Positions 54,850 to 63,364 of a stretch of 64,000 nucleotides of DNA are shown one piece after another. Source of the DNA: an uncultured Solirubrobacterales bacterium (lineage in GTDB: Bacteria; Actinomycetota; Thermoleophilia; Solirubrobacterales; 70-9); the NCBI GenBank assembly GCA_963748075.1, contig CAVVHQ010000044.1, forward strand, positions 14,631 through 78,630. The letters run 5' to 3'. The notes under the pieces were generated by a model. The model saw nothing but the letters and a program-made list of their open reading frames with translations, did no database searches and was not told the origin of the DNA. Within the stretch, counting starts at the first letter, position 1. Every line of letters starts with the position of its first letter. The translations under genes and the position numbers were made by a program.

Positions 54850-55764
54850 CTAGAACGTCCGGTACCCGGCCCCGGAAGCGCCCGACGCTTCCCTGCGCGC
54901 CCAGTCCGGCGCGGTCTCCTCGGCCGCCGCCAGCACCTCGCGCCGCGCCCGCTTGGCGCTCGCCTCGACCTCCTCCTCGGCGGCGTGGCGCAAGCGCTCC
55001 TCGCGCTGCTCGGCCTGACCGCGAATCCGCGCCGACTCGGCCTGCAGCTGCTGCTCGGCGCGCGCCCGCGCCTTCTCCTCGGCCTCGCCTTCCACCCTCT
55101 CGACCAGCTTGCGGACCCGCTCCTCAGCCTCGCGACGGACGTCCTCGGTGCCCTGCATGACCCGCTCCTCGATCTCCGCCTCGAGCCGCACCGCTATCTC
55201 GTGCGCCTCCGCCGCCCTCGCCTCGGCCTCGGCGGCGCGCTGCTCGGCAGCGGCAACCCGGCGGTCGGCCTCCTCCTGGGCCTTCTCGAGCACCTCGCGG
55301 GTGCGCTGGGAGGCCTGCTCTTCGACTCGCTTGACCGCGCCATCGAGCGCCTGGTCGGAGCGCGCCTTGCTGGCGGTCATCTGCGTGGCGAGCGCCTCGC
55401 GGTCGGCCTCGGCCCTGTTCTGGGCGCGTTCGAAGGCCTGCTCGGAGCGCAGCTTGCCCTCCTCGGCGCGCGCCGCGCGCAGCTCCGCCTCCCGCCGCTT
55501 CGCACGTTCGGCCGCGATCCGCTCGCGCCCTTCCTCGCCCAGCTTGCGCACTGCCGCCAAGGCGCGTTCCTTCACCTCGGTCCGACCGGCCTCGGCGCGC
55601 TGCTCCGCCGCAGCGGCCCGCTCCCCCGCCTCGGCGGCCCGCTGCTCGGCCGCAGTAACCCGCGCCTCGCTCAGCCGCACCCACTCGAGTGCTTGCTTGG
55701 CGACGCCGCGTAGCTCCTCGGTCGCCTCCCCAACCGCGCTCAACTGGACTGCGGGCTCGGCCAT
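54850..55764 (-). CDS. Glu/Ala/Arg-rich coiled-coil protein of unknown function
   Basis: About 304 aa from ATG 55764, with continuous heptad-like AEQRAAEAE repeats. Confidence 0.5.
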   Translation of the reverse strand: MAEPAVQLSAVGEATEELRGVAKQALEWVRLSEARVTAAEQRAAEAGERAAAAEQRAEAGRTEVKERALAAVRKLGEEGRERIAAERAKRREAELRAARAEEGKLRSEQAFERAQNRAEADREALATQMTASKARSDQALDGAVKRVEEQASQRTREVLEKAQEEADRRVAAAEQRAAEAEARAAEAHEIAVRLEAEIEERVMQGTEDVRREAEERVRKLVERVEGEAEEKARARAEQQLQAESARIRGQAEQREERLRHAAEEEVEASAKRARREVLAAAEETAPDWARREASGASGAGYRTF

Positions 55765-55843
55765 CCGTGGCAAACCTACTACGAGGCGCGGAAGACCCGC
55801 CACCCGCGGCACTGGCAAACGTCCGCAAATAGCGAGAGACCGT

Positions 55844-57493
55844 CTAGGCCTGCCTCTCGGCCTCCAGCGCGTGCAGCTCCCGCTTCAGGATCTTGCCGGT
55901 CGCGTTGCGGGGCAGCTCGTCGATGAACTCGACCTCGCGTGGCGCCTTGTATGCGGCAAGGTTGGCCTTGACGTAGGCCTTCAGCTCCTCGGCGGAAACC
56001 TCGGCGCCGCTGGAGGCGACCACGAACGCCTTCAACCGCTCTCCGAACTCCTCGTCCTCGATGCCGATCACCGCCACCTCGACCACCGCCTCGTGGCCGG
56101 CGAGCAGATCCTCCACCTCGCGTGGGAAGACGTTCTCGCCCCCGGAGACGATCATCTCGTCGTCGCGGCCGTCGACGAAGAGGTGCCCGTCCGCATCGAA
56201 GTGCCCGACGTCGCCGCTGCAGAGCAGCCCGTCGATCACCTCTTTGCCGCCGCCACCGGTATATCCCTCGAAGGACATTTCGTTGCCGACGAAGATCCGC
56301 CCCACCTCTCCCCGCGGCACCTCACGCCCCCGCTCGTCGTAGAGGCGGATCACCGTGCCGCGCGGCGGCAAGCCGGCGGTGCCGGGCGCCGCGCGCAGGT
56401 CCTGCGGCGTGGCGACGGTCGCGTAGGCGACCTCGGTCGAGCCGTAGAGGTTGTAGACCGTGTCGCCGAAGCGGTCCATCCACTCGCGCGCCATATCGCC
56501 GGGCAGCGCCGAGCCCGAGAGCGCGGTGATCCGCAGCGAGGAGAGATCGCGGGAGGCGAGGGCCTCCTCCGGCAGCCGCAGGATGCGCTGGAGCATCACC
56601 GGCACCACGGCCAGCACCTGGGCGCCGTGCTCCTGCACCGCCTGCAGCGTTCCCTCCGGGTCGAAGCGACGGCGCAGTACGATCGTCGAGGCGGTCGGCA
56701 GGCCGATCACGAAGTGGAAGAAGCCCCATGAATGGAAGAGCGGCGCGGCGATCATCATCGTCTCGCGGCTGCGGTAGGGGATCCGGTCGAGCACCGCCGC
56801 CACCGCGAGCAGACCGGACGGACTGGAGCGCTGGGCGCCCTTCGGCGTTCCCGTGGTTCCCGAGGTGAGGATCACGAACCGCGCTTTGTCGGGCGGGGGC
56901 TTCAGATCGGAGTCGGGGGCGGAGGCGATCAGCGAGTCCAGGGTCGGCTCGTCGGTCTCGCCGTCGGTCCAGCCGACGATCCGCTGGACGTCGCCGCCGA
57001 CCCCCTCGAGCAGCTCGGTGAACTCCTCGTCGTAGACCAGGGCCTTTGGTTCCTCGCGGCGCGTCACCTCGACGAGCTGGGGGCCGGCGAACATCGTGTT
57101 GAGGTAGAGGGCGCTGGCGCCCAGCTTCGCCGCGGCCAGGGTGGCCTCGATGAAGCCGCGGTGGTTGCGGCACATGACGCCGACCCCATCCCCGTAGCCG
57201 ATCCCGATCCGCTCGAAGGCGTGGGCGAGCGCGTTGGAGCGGCGGTGGAGCTGCTCGAAGCTGAGTGTGCCGCGCTCGTCGATCAGCGCCGGCTCGTCGG
57301 GGTGGTGGATCGCAGCAGTGGCGATCCCGGTGGCCGGCGAGGCGCCCCAGCGCAGGAAGGCGGCGCCCATCTTCGCCGCCTTGTCGGGTCGGACCAGCCC
57401 GAGGATCCCCGCTTCGCGCAGCACCCTCGCCTCGAAGGCCGCGTCGGCGGCCGACTGGCGCGCGCTTGTCGCTATCGAGCCGAGTCTGCTCAT
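55844..57493 (-). CDS. AMP-dependent acyl-CoA synthetase/ligase (FadD-like)
   Basis: 549 aa with the AMP-binding motif ILTSGTTGTPKGA, YGSTE and the C-terminal GKILKREL. Confidence 0.85.
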   Translation of the reverse strand: MSRLGSIATSARQSAADAAFEARVLREAGILGLVRPDKAAKMGAAFLRWGASPATGIATAAIHHPDEPALIDERGTLSFEQLHRRSNALAHAFERIGIGYGDGVGVMCRNHRGFIEATLAAAKLGASALYLNTMFAGPQLVEVTRREEPKALVYDEEFTELLEGVGGDVQRIVGWTDGETDEPTLDSLIASAPDSDLKPPPDKARFVILTSGTTGTPKGAQRSSPSGLLAVAAVLDRIPYRSRETMMIAAPLFHSWGFFHFVIGLPTASTIVLRRRFDPEGTLQAVQEHGAQVLAVVPVMLQRILRLPEEALASRDLSSLRITALSGSALPGDMAREWMDRFGDTVYNLYGSTEVAYATVATPQDLRAAPGTAGLPPRGTVIRLYDERGREVPRGEVGRIFVGNEMSFEGYTGGGGKEVIDGLLCSGDVGHFDADGHLFVDGRDDEMIVSGGENVFPREVEDLLAGHEAVVEVAVIGIEDEEFGERLKAFVVASSGAEVSAEELKAYVKANLAAYKAPREVEFIDELPRNATGKILKRELHALEAERQA

Positions 57494-57506
57494 CGCCCTG
57501 CGAAGC

Positions 57507-57965
57507 CTATTCGCTCTCCACCGATGCCACCGCTATGCAGGCGATTCCCTCGCCGCGACCGATCCAGCCCATCCCCTCGTTGGTGGTCGCCTTGACGCTG
57601 GTCCGGGCCGAGGTGGCCTCAGCGAGGATGCGCTCCATCTCGCTGCGGTAGGGGGCCAGCCGCGGCTCCTCGCAGACGACGGTCACGTCGACGTTGACGA
57701 TCCGGCCGCCGATCGTGCCGACCACGGTGCGCAGCAGATCGATCGAGTCGGCGTCGTGCCAGCGCGCCTCGTCGTCGGGAAAGAGGGTGCCGACGTCGCC
57801 GCTCCCCGCAGCACCGAGCAGCGCGTCGATCGTCGCGTGGACGACCACGTCGGCGTCGGAGTGGCCGGCGAGGCCGCGCTCGTGCTCAATCTGGACACCG
57901 CCGAGAACCAGCCGGCGGCCCGCGACGAAGCGGTGGCTATCGTATCCGATCCCTACCGGGCTCAT
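57507..57965 (-). CDS. ispF: 2-C-methyl-D-erythritol 2,4-cyclodiphosphate synthase
   Basis: 152 aa with GIGYDSHRF and HSDADVVVHA motifs. Confidence 0.9.
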   Translation of the reverse strand: MSPVGIGYDSHRFVAGRRLVLGGVQIEHERGLAGHSDADVVVHATIDALLGAAGSGDVGTLFPDDEARWHDADSIDLLRTVVGTIGGRIVNVDVTVVCEEPRLAPYRSEMERILAEATSARTSVKATTNEGMGWIGRGEGIACIAVASVESE

Positions 57966-58029
57966 CGCACAGCCTCGCGCTTCGCTCCCGGCGCGAAGAA
58001 CCAGATATGCACGCTTGGTCGCTCCGCAC

Positions 58030-58881
58030 TCATTGCGGTGGATTCTCGCCGACCGCGGCGCCGAGTGGCGTCAGACGACGCTGGCGTCCTTCGAAGACGC
58101 AGATCTCCCCCACCCCGAGCCGCTCGAGCAGCTCGATCGCCCGCCCGTAGCCGAAGCCGACCTGCTCGGGCAGGTGGGCGTCGGAGGAGAGCGCGAAGGG
58201 AGCGCCCGCCTCAACGCACAGCTCGGCGAAGGCCGGCGCCGGGTACAGCTCGCCGACCGGCTTGCGCAGGCCGGCGGTCGACAGCTCGACCGCGATGCCG
58301 CTCGCCGCGATCGCTTCCACCGCGGGTTCGTAGAAGAAGCGCAGGTCGCGCCTGGGCAGCGGCCGGCCACGGCCCCAGACCTTGACCAGGTCCGGGTGGG
58401 CGAGGATGTCGAAGAGGCCCGAGCGGGCGCAGCGGGCGAGCGCCTCGAAGTAGCGGCGCCAGACCTCGTCGGCGTCGCCGCCCCCCTCCCAGGCGTCCCA
58501 GCCCTCGTGGTCGACCGCCCGCTCCCCGACGAAGTGGACCGAGCCGACCACGTAGTCGAACTCGCGAGCCTCGAGCAGCGCCGCGGTTCGCTCCTCGGCG
58601 CCCGGTACGAAGTCGCACTCGACTCCCACCCTCAGCCCTGCGCCGCGGACGAAGTCGCAGTAGAGGTCGAGGTCGTCGAGGGCCTGTTCCCGCCAGAAAG
58701 GGTGGCGCCACAGGTCGAGCGCCTGAGTGAACCGATAGACGTGCTCCGAGACCCCCAGCTCGTCGATCCCGGCAGCCGCCGCCGCCTGCCGGTAGCGCTC
58801 GACGTTCTCGGCCGTGAAGTAGCGCTCCGGCGGGGTTTCGGGCTCGTCGGGGCGCAGGTGCAGGTGGTAGTCGGTGAGCAT
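58030..58881 (-). CDS. PHP-family histidinol-phosphatase (HisJ-type)
   Basis: 283 aa. MLTDYHLHL, GVSEHV, GSVHF, ILAHPD and SSDAH are the metal-ligand motifs. Confidence 0.75.
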   Translation of the reverse strand: MLTDYHLHLRPDEPETPPERYFTAENVERYRQAAAAAGIDELGVSEHVYRFTQALDLWRHPFWREQALDDLDLYCDFVRGAGLRVGVECDFVPGAEERTAALLEAREFDYVVGSVHFVGERAVDHEGWDAWEGGGDADEVWRRYFEALARCARSGLFDILAHPDLVKVWGRGRPLPRRDLRFFYEPAVEAIAASGIAVELSTAGLRKPVGELYPAPAFAELCVEAGAPFALSSDAHLPEQVGFGYGRAIELLERLGVGEICVFEGRQRRLTPLGAAVGENPPQ

Positions 58882-58984
58882 CGGCGCCCCACGTTACGAC
58901 CCCGCGGGACGTGCCGGGAGCTGGATACCGATCTGGGCACTCGATCACCGGCGTGCCGCCGACGAAGCCTAGACTTGCGGCCCG

Positions 58985-59131
58985 ATGGCTCGCCAACTCC
59001 TCCTGCTCAGCGCCGCCTTCGCCGGCGGCGCACTGGTCGCCGAGGCGCTCGGCGCCGTCAACCTCGGCACGGCGCTGGGGGTCGGCCAGCTCTGCTTCGC
59101 CGCCGCGCTCGTGTTCCTGCTTCTCCGCTGA
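58985..59131 (+). CDS. Candidate 48-aa two-helix membrane peptide (below the ORF-track length cutoff)
   Basis: MARQLLLLSAAFAGGALVAEALGAVNLGTALGVGQLCFAAALVFLLLR. GC3 is above 90% in this frame. It lies in the otherwise empty 277-nt gap between the PHP gene and ispD. The SD is weak. Confidence 0.3.
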   Translation: MARQLLLLSAAFAGGALVAEALGAVNLGTALGVGQLCFAAALVFLLLR

Positions 59132-59158
59132 GGAGGAGCCGCGCGGGTCGGCAGATGC

Positions 59159-59857
59159 CTAGCGCTCGGCGAGCAGCAGCTCGGCCAGCTTCAGGTCCGT
59201 CGGCGTCGTCACCTTGAGGTTCTCGGGCGGGGCGGGATGGATCAGCACCCTCCCCCCTGCCGCCTCGACCAGCGTCGCCTCGTCGGTTGCCGCTTCGACC
59301 AAGGCTGGATCGGCGGCAAGCGCCCGCCGCAACGCCTCGACGCGGAACGCCTGCGGCGTCTGCGCCGCCCAGAGGCGGCCACGATCCACCGTTGTCTCCA
59401 CCTCGATGGGAGGGTTTTGGCCCCCATAGGTGGCAGAATCCTCCCGCGAGCCCTCTCCGGGGGCGGAGGCGGCGCGCTTGATCGTGTCGGCGACCGGCGC
59501 GGCGGCGATCGCACCGACGGCCTCGGGGTCGGCGGCCAGGGTCGCGACCACCGCCTCGACCAGCTGCGGCGTCAGCAGCGGCCGCGCCGCGTCGTGGATC
59601 GCGACCAGCTCGGTCCCGACCGCCTCCATGGCGTTGGCGACCGACTGCGAGCGGGTCGCGCCGCCCTCGACCACGCCGAGGTCTCCCCCACCGAGCTCGT
59701 GGACGTGACCGGGCGGGCAGGCGACGACGATCGAGCGCACGCCGGCCGCCCCCCGCAGGGCGGCGATCGACCACTCGACCATCGGCCTGCCGGCCAGCCG
59801 GACGAAGGCCTTCGGGCCGCCGGCTCCGAGCCTCTCCCCGGAGCCGGCGGCCGCCAC
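59159..59857 (-). CDS. ispD: 2-C-methyl-D-erythritol 4-phosphate cytidylyltransferase
   Basis: Motifs AAAGSGERLG..PKAF, VHDAARP and QTPQAF are present. The only canonical start (GTG 59857) removes the first beta-strand, although FVTAVV is encoded in-frame just upstream. Confidence 0.8.
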   Translation of the reverse strand: MAAAGSGERLGAGGPKAFVRLAGRPMVEWSIAALRGAAGVRSIVVACPPGHVHELGGGDLGVVEGGATRSQSVANAMEAVGTELVAIHDAARPLLTPQLVEAVVATLAADPEAVGAIAAAPVADTIKRAASAPGEGSREDSATYGGQNPPIEVETTVDRGRLWAAQTPQAFRVEALRRALAADPALVEAATDEATLVEAAGGRVLIHPAPPENLKVTTPTDLKLAELLLAER

Positions 59858-59882
59858 GACCGCGGTGACGAACGCGGTGGGG

Positions 59883-60440
59883 CTACGCCGTGGCGGCGAA
59901 GCGTTCCTCCAACAGCCCGTCCAGGTACCCCTCCGCGCCTTCCTCGTCCTTGTCGAGCGCGTACATGAACTCCGACGCGAGGATCTTCTTGGCCCGCGTG
60001 TACATCTGCTTCTCGCCGGTGGAGAGGCCCTTCTCCATCTCGCGAATCGCCAGGTTGCGAACCACCTCGGCCAGCTCGAACACGTCGCCGGTCTTGATCT
60101 TCTCGCGGTTGTACTTGAAACGCCGGTTCCAGTTCTTCGGCATCTCCGAGACGTCGTCCGTGAGAACGTCTGTGACCTTCTTGATTTCCACCTCGTCGAT
60201 CACGCGGCGCAAACCAGCCTTGCCCGCGTTCTCGCAGGGGACCATCACCGTGAGCTCGTTGTGGAGGATTTTGATCGTCAGGTATTCACGCTCCTCACCC
60301 ATCAGCTCGCGGCTCTCTTTCTTCAGCACCAGGCCCGCGCCGTGGTGGGGGTAGACGACCTTGTCGCCCTCCTCGAAGTCACAGACGTACGGGACGTCCT
60401 GCTCAGCGCTTGCCTCTATGGCCTCCTCTAGCTGGGGAAT
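59883..60440 (-). CDS. carD: CarD/CdnL-family RNA-polymerase-binding transcription regulator; start proposed at ATT 60440
   Basis: The ORF-track ORF (59883-60329, GTG) begins inside the conserved RNAP-interaction domain. The frame is open back to a TGA at 60444-60446 and encodes FEEGDKVVYPHHGAGLV upstream of 60329. AAGGAG lies at 60452-60447, 6 nt before ATT. Confidence 0.7.
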   Translation of the reverse strand: MPQLEEAIEASAEQDVPYVCDFEEGDKVVYPHHGAGLVLKKESRELMGEEREYLTIKILHNELTVMVPCENAGKAGLRRVIDEVEIKKVTDVLTDDVSEMPKNWNRRFKYNREKIKTGDVFELAEVVRNLAIREMEKGLSTGEKQMYTRAKKILASEFMYALDKDEEGAEGYLDGLLEERFAATA

Positions 60441-60478
60441 CGCTCACTCCTTTCGGTTCGCGACGGCGCCATTCGCCG

Positions 60479-61591
60479 TCAACTCTGCAAGTACCGGTCG
60501 ACCAGGTCTACCTCCTGGAGCCGCCGTAGGCCCTCGCGAATGTCCTTGGCCCTGGTCGGGCCGACTCCGTCCACCGCCTCCAGATCGTCGTCGGAGGCCG
60601 CGAGCACCTCCTCGAGGCCGCCCAGCTCGTGGACGATCTTCTGGACGACCAGCTTGGGGATGCGGGGGATGCGACCCATCACGCGGTAGCCGCGGGGCGC
60701 GATCGGGAAGTCGAGGGTGTTCAGCTTGCGGTCGTAGCCGAGCAGCTCGGCGAGGCGGCCGAAGTCGAGCACATCCTCGTGCGGCATCCGCGTCAGCGAG
60801 TGCAACACGGTCGCGAGGTTCTGCTCGGAGTCCTCGACCGAGTAGTCGCGGATCAGCGCCGTCTTTTCGGCGCCGACGCCGACCATCGTCTCCTCCAGCT
60901 GCATCTCGATCAGCCGGCCCTCGGTGCCCAGCTCGACGATGTAGCGCTCCACCTCGACTGCCATCCGGGTGACCAACTCGGCTCGCTGCAGGACGGTGAG
61001 GGCGTCGTAGAGGACGCCGCCGCCCTCGAACTCGAGGACGGTGAGACGGGTCGAGACCCCCTCGAGCCGCTCCCTGTACTTCTCCAGGGTCGCCAGGCCC
61101 TGGTTCGCCTTGGCGAGCACCGCCGGGATCTCCTGAAGGATGTACTTGGTGCCCTCGACGTAGAGGCTGACGACGTCGCGGCGCTGTGAGATCGCGATCA
61201 CCAGCGCCTCGGTCTGTTTGGAAACGCGCTCGGCGGTCCGGTGGCGGGTGCCGGTCTCGGTCGAGAGGATGGTCGGGTCCGGCATCAGCTGGACGTTGGC
61301 CCAGATGATCTTCGTAGCCTCGGGGTTGAGGACGATCGCGCCGTCCATCTTCGCCACCTGGTAGAGCATCGCCGGCGTGTAGTCGGTGTCGAGCCTGATC
61401 CCGCCGGAGAGCAGGTGGGATATGCCACCCGGATCGCCAACCACGATCAGGCCGCCGGTGCTGGCGTGGACTATGTTGTCGAGGCCCTCGCGCAGCGAGC
61501 CGCCCGGGGCGACCACGTCAAGAGCCCTCAACAGCCGGGGATCCTGCCGTTCCGCTAGCTCGTGAAGCTCATCCCCGGGCAGCGCAGACAT
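60479..61591 (-). CDS. disA: DNA integrity scanning protein DisA (diadenylate cyclase)
   Basis: 370 aa. The DAC domain has DGAIVL and TRHRTAER, followed by a linker and a C-terminal HhH domain (GVGPTRAKDI). Confidence 0.9.
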   Translation of the reverse strand: MSALPGDELHELAERQDPRLLRALDVVAPGGSLREGLDNIVHASTGGLIVVGDPGGISHLLSGGIRLDTDYTPAMLYQVAKMDGAIVLNPEATKIIWANVQLMPDPTILSTETGTRHRTAERVSKQTEALVIAISQRRDVVSLYVEGTKYILQEIPAVLAKANQGLATLEKYRERLEGVSTRLTVLEFEGGGVLYDALTVLQRAELVTRMAVEVERYIVELGTEGRLIEMQLEETMVGVGAEKTALIRDYSVEDSEQNLATVLHSLTRMPHEDVLDFGRLAELLGYDRKLNTLDFPIAPRGYRVMGRIPRIPKLVVQKIVHELGGLEEVLAASDDDLEAVDGVGPTRAKDIREGLRRLQEVDLVDRYLQS

Positions 61592-61704
61592 CGGTTGAAG
61601 GATGTCAAATTTCGCTCTGCAATGCGGTCTGGCTAAAACCTAGTGGACAGGTCGGAATGGACGTTGTCAAGGCAATCGGTCACTCAGACCCCGGGTTTTG
61701 GGTA

Positions 61705-61833
61705 CTGACTCGCGTCAGGGATCGCCAGGCAAAGCCGCAGGGAGGCCCGCAAAGGGGGGCGCACATAACAAGTGCGTGACCCCCGCAGCGGGCCGACCGA
61801 GGGCGCCGCATGGCGGCACCTGACACGCGTCAG
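61705..61833. repeat. Family-C palindromic intergenic element, copy 5 (long central hairpin)
   Basis: TIRs are CTGACTCGCGTCAGG (61705-61719) and CCTGACACGCGTCAG (61819-61833). The blocks GCAGGGAGG and CGACCGAGGGCGC flank a hairpin of about 48 nt (GCCCGC..GGGGGGCGCAC-ATAACAA-GTGCGTGACCCCC..GCGGGC). The MFS stop codon (61830-61832) lies in the right TIR. Confidence 0.7.
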
Positions 61834-63278
61834 AGGTGGAGGCGCCGGTGGTGCGCGTGGTGGTGGAGCTGCTCGGGGGGCGGTTCGCCGGCCACCGCCG
61901 GATCCGGACCGCGCCGCTCCGGGTCGCGCACGAATCCCCAGCTGAGCGCGGTGCCGATCGCGCAGAGCGCGACGATGACCCAGGTCGAGCCGGCGATCGC
62001 CGCGGCGAAGCCGTCGCCGCCCGCCTGCAGAGCGTGGAAGGCGGCGCCCACCGCCGCCAGGGCCAGCGCGCCGGCGACGATCCTGTCCATCGCCAGCACG
62101 CCTGAGGCGATGCCGACTTTCTCGCGCGGCATCGCCGCCATCGCCGCGGTGGACATCGGCGCGTAGACGAGGCCGAGCGCGATCCCGAACAGCAGGTAGC
62201 CGACCAGCAGCAGACCATAGGCGCTGTGCGACCCGACCTGCGTCAGCACGACCAGCCCGGCGGTTCCGCACGCCATCCCCGCCGTCATCAGCCCGCGCGA
62301 GCCGAAACGCGCGATCAACGGCCCCGAGAAGGGAGAGACGAAGACCGTCGGCGCGGTCACCGGGAGGATCAGCAGGCCGCTCTCGATCGCCGAGTGGCCG
62401 CGCGCGTCCTGGAGGTACTGCGGCTGGAAGAACATCACCGACCAGTAGGCGCCGACCAGGCAGAAGGCGGCGGCGCTGGCGCCGAAGTAGGGGCCGTTGC
62501 GGAACAGCGCGAATTCGACGATCGGCTCGCGCACCCGGTGCTCGATCCACCAGAAGGCGACCAGCACGGCGACTCCGAGCCCGGCCATCGAGACGATCGC
62601 CGCGACGTCCCAGGCGCTCGCCTGGATCATCGCCAGGACGACGGCGGAGAGGCCGATCGTCAGAGCGAGCAGGCCGGGCAGGTCGACCCGGGTGCCGGCG
62701 CCCGGGTCGGTCGACTCCGGCGCCGCCGCGACGATGGTCGCCACCCCGAGCGCAACGATCGGCAGGTTGATCCAGAAGATCACCCGCCAGTCGATCGCGA
62801 TCAGGAGGCCGCCGACCACCGGCCCGATCGCCAGCGCGATCGCCGAGACCCCTGCCCAGATGCCGAGCGCCCGCGGTTGCTCGGCCTTCGGGAAGACGTT
62901 GCAGACGATCGCCAGCGAGAGGGTGAGCACCGGCGCCGCCCCCACCCCCTGCAGGATGCGGCCGCCGATCAGCATCTGCGGGCCCTGGGCGGCGCCGGAG
63001 AGGATCGAGCCGGCGCCGAAGACCAGCAGGCCGGCGACGAACACCCGCTTGCGCCCGAACATGTCGCCGAGACGGCCGGCGGTGACGACGAGCACCGCGA
63101 TCGTCAGCAGGTAGCCGTTCATCACCCACTGCAGCTGCTCCGAGGTGGCGCCGACGTCGGCGCGGATCGAGGAGAGCGCGAGCGCGACGACGGTCGAGTC
63201 GAGCATCAGGATGAACAGGCCGAAGCAGGCCCCGGCCAGCGTCCACCAAGGTCTGTTCGCCTCGTTGATCCCCAGCAC
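61830..63278 (-). CDS. MFS transporter, DHA2 (14-TMS, EmrB/QacA-like) family
   Basis: 482 aa with a GTG start and the motif LGDMFGRKRVF after TM2. There are about 14 hydrophobic segments. Confidence 0.8.
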   Translation of the reverse strand: MLGINEANRPWWTLAGACFGLFILMLDSTVVALALSSIRADVGATSEQLQWVMNGYLLTIAVLVVTAGRLGDMFGRKRVFVAGLLVFGAGSILSGAAQGPQMLIGGRILQGVGAAPVLTLSLAIVCNVFPKAEQPRALGIWAGVSAIALAIGPVVGGLLIAIDWRVIFWINLPIVALGVATIVAAAPESTDPGAGTRVDLPGLLALTIGLSAVVLAMIQASAWDVAAIVSMAGLGVAVLVAFWWIEHRVREPIVEFALFRNGPYFGASAAAFCLVGAYWSVMFFQPQYLQDARGHSAIESGLLILPVTAPTVFVSPFSGPLIARFGSRGLMTAGMACGTAGLVVLTQVGSHSAYGLLLVGYLLFGIALGLVYAPMSTAAMAAMPREKVGIASGVLAMDRIVAGALALAAVGAAFHALQAGGDGFAAAIAGSTWVIVALCAIGTALSWGFVRDPERRGPDPAVAGEPPPEQLHHHAHHRRLHL

Positions 63279-63364
63279 GCCGCGACCCTACAGGGACGTG
63301 CGTCGCTTCGGTGTCCATATGGGCGCCGGGATGGACGGTCCCGCTGTGCGGGGGCTGGGCCGGG

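Noticed and set aside
57966-58029. A possible sixth, degenerate family-C element between ispF and the PHP phosphatase gene (contains GCTTCGCTCCC, CAGATATGC and CTTGGTCGCTC).
   Set aside because: The blocks occur in the wrong order and mixed orientation, and no TIRs are visible. It may be a rearranged remnant, but the match is too weak to call by eye.
59399-59450. An insertion of about 18 residues in IspD (PGEGSREDSATYGGQNPP) as a third in-frame palindromic element.
   Set aside because: Only two short (6-bp) and mutually crossing inverted repeats are present (CCACCT/AGGTGG and GGGAGG/CCTCCC). There is no long dyad like those in cysS and addA. It may be an ordinary lineage-specific loop.
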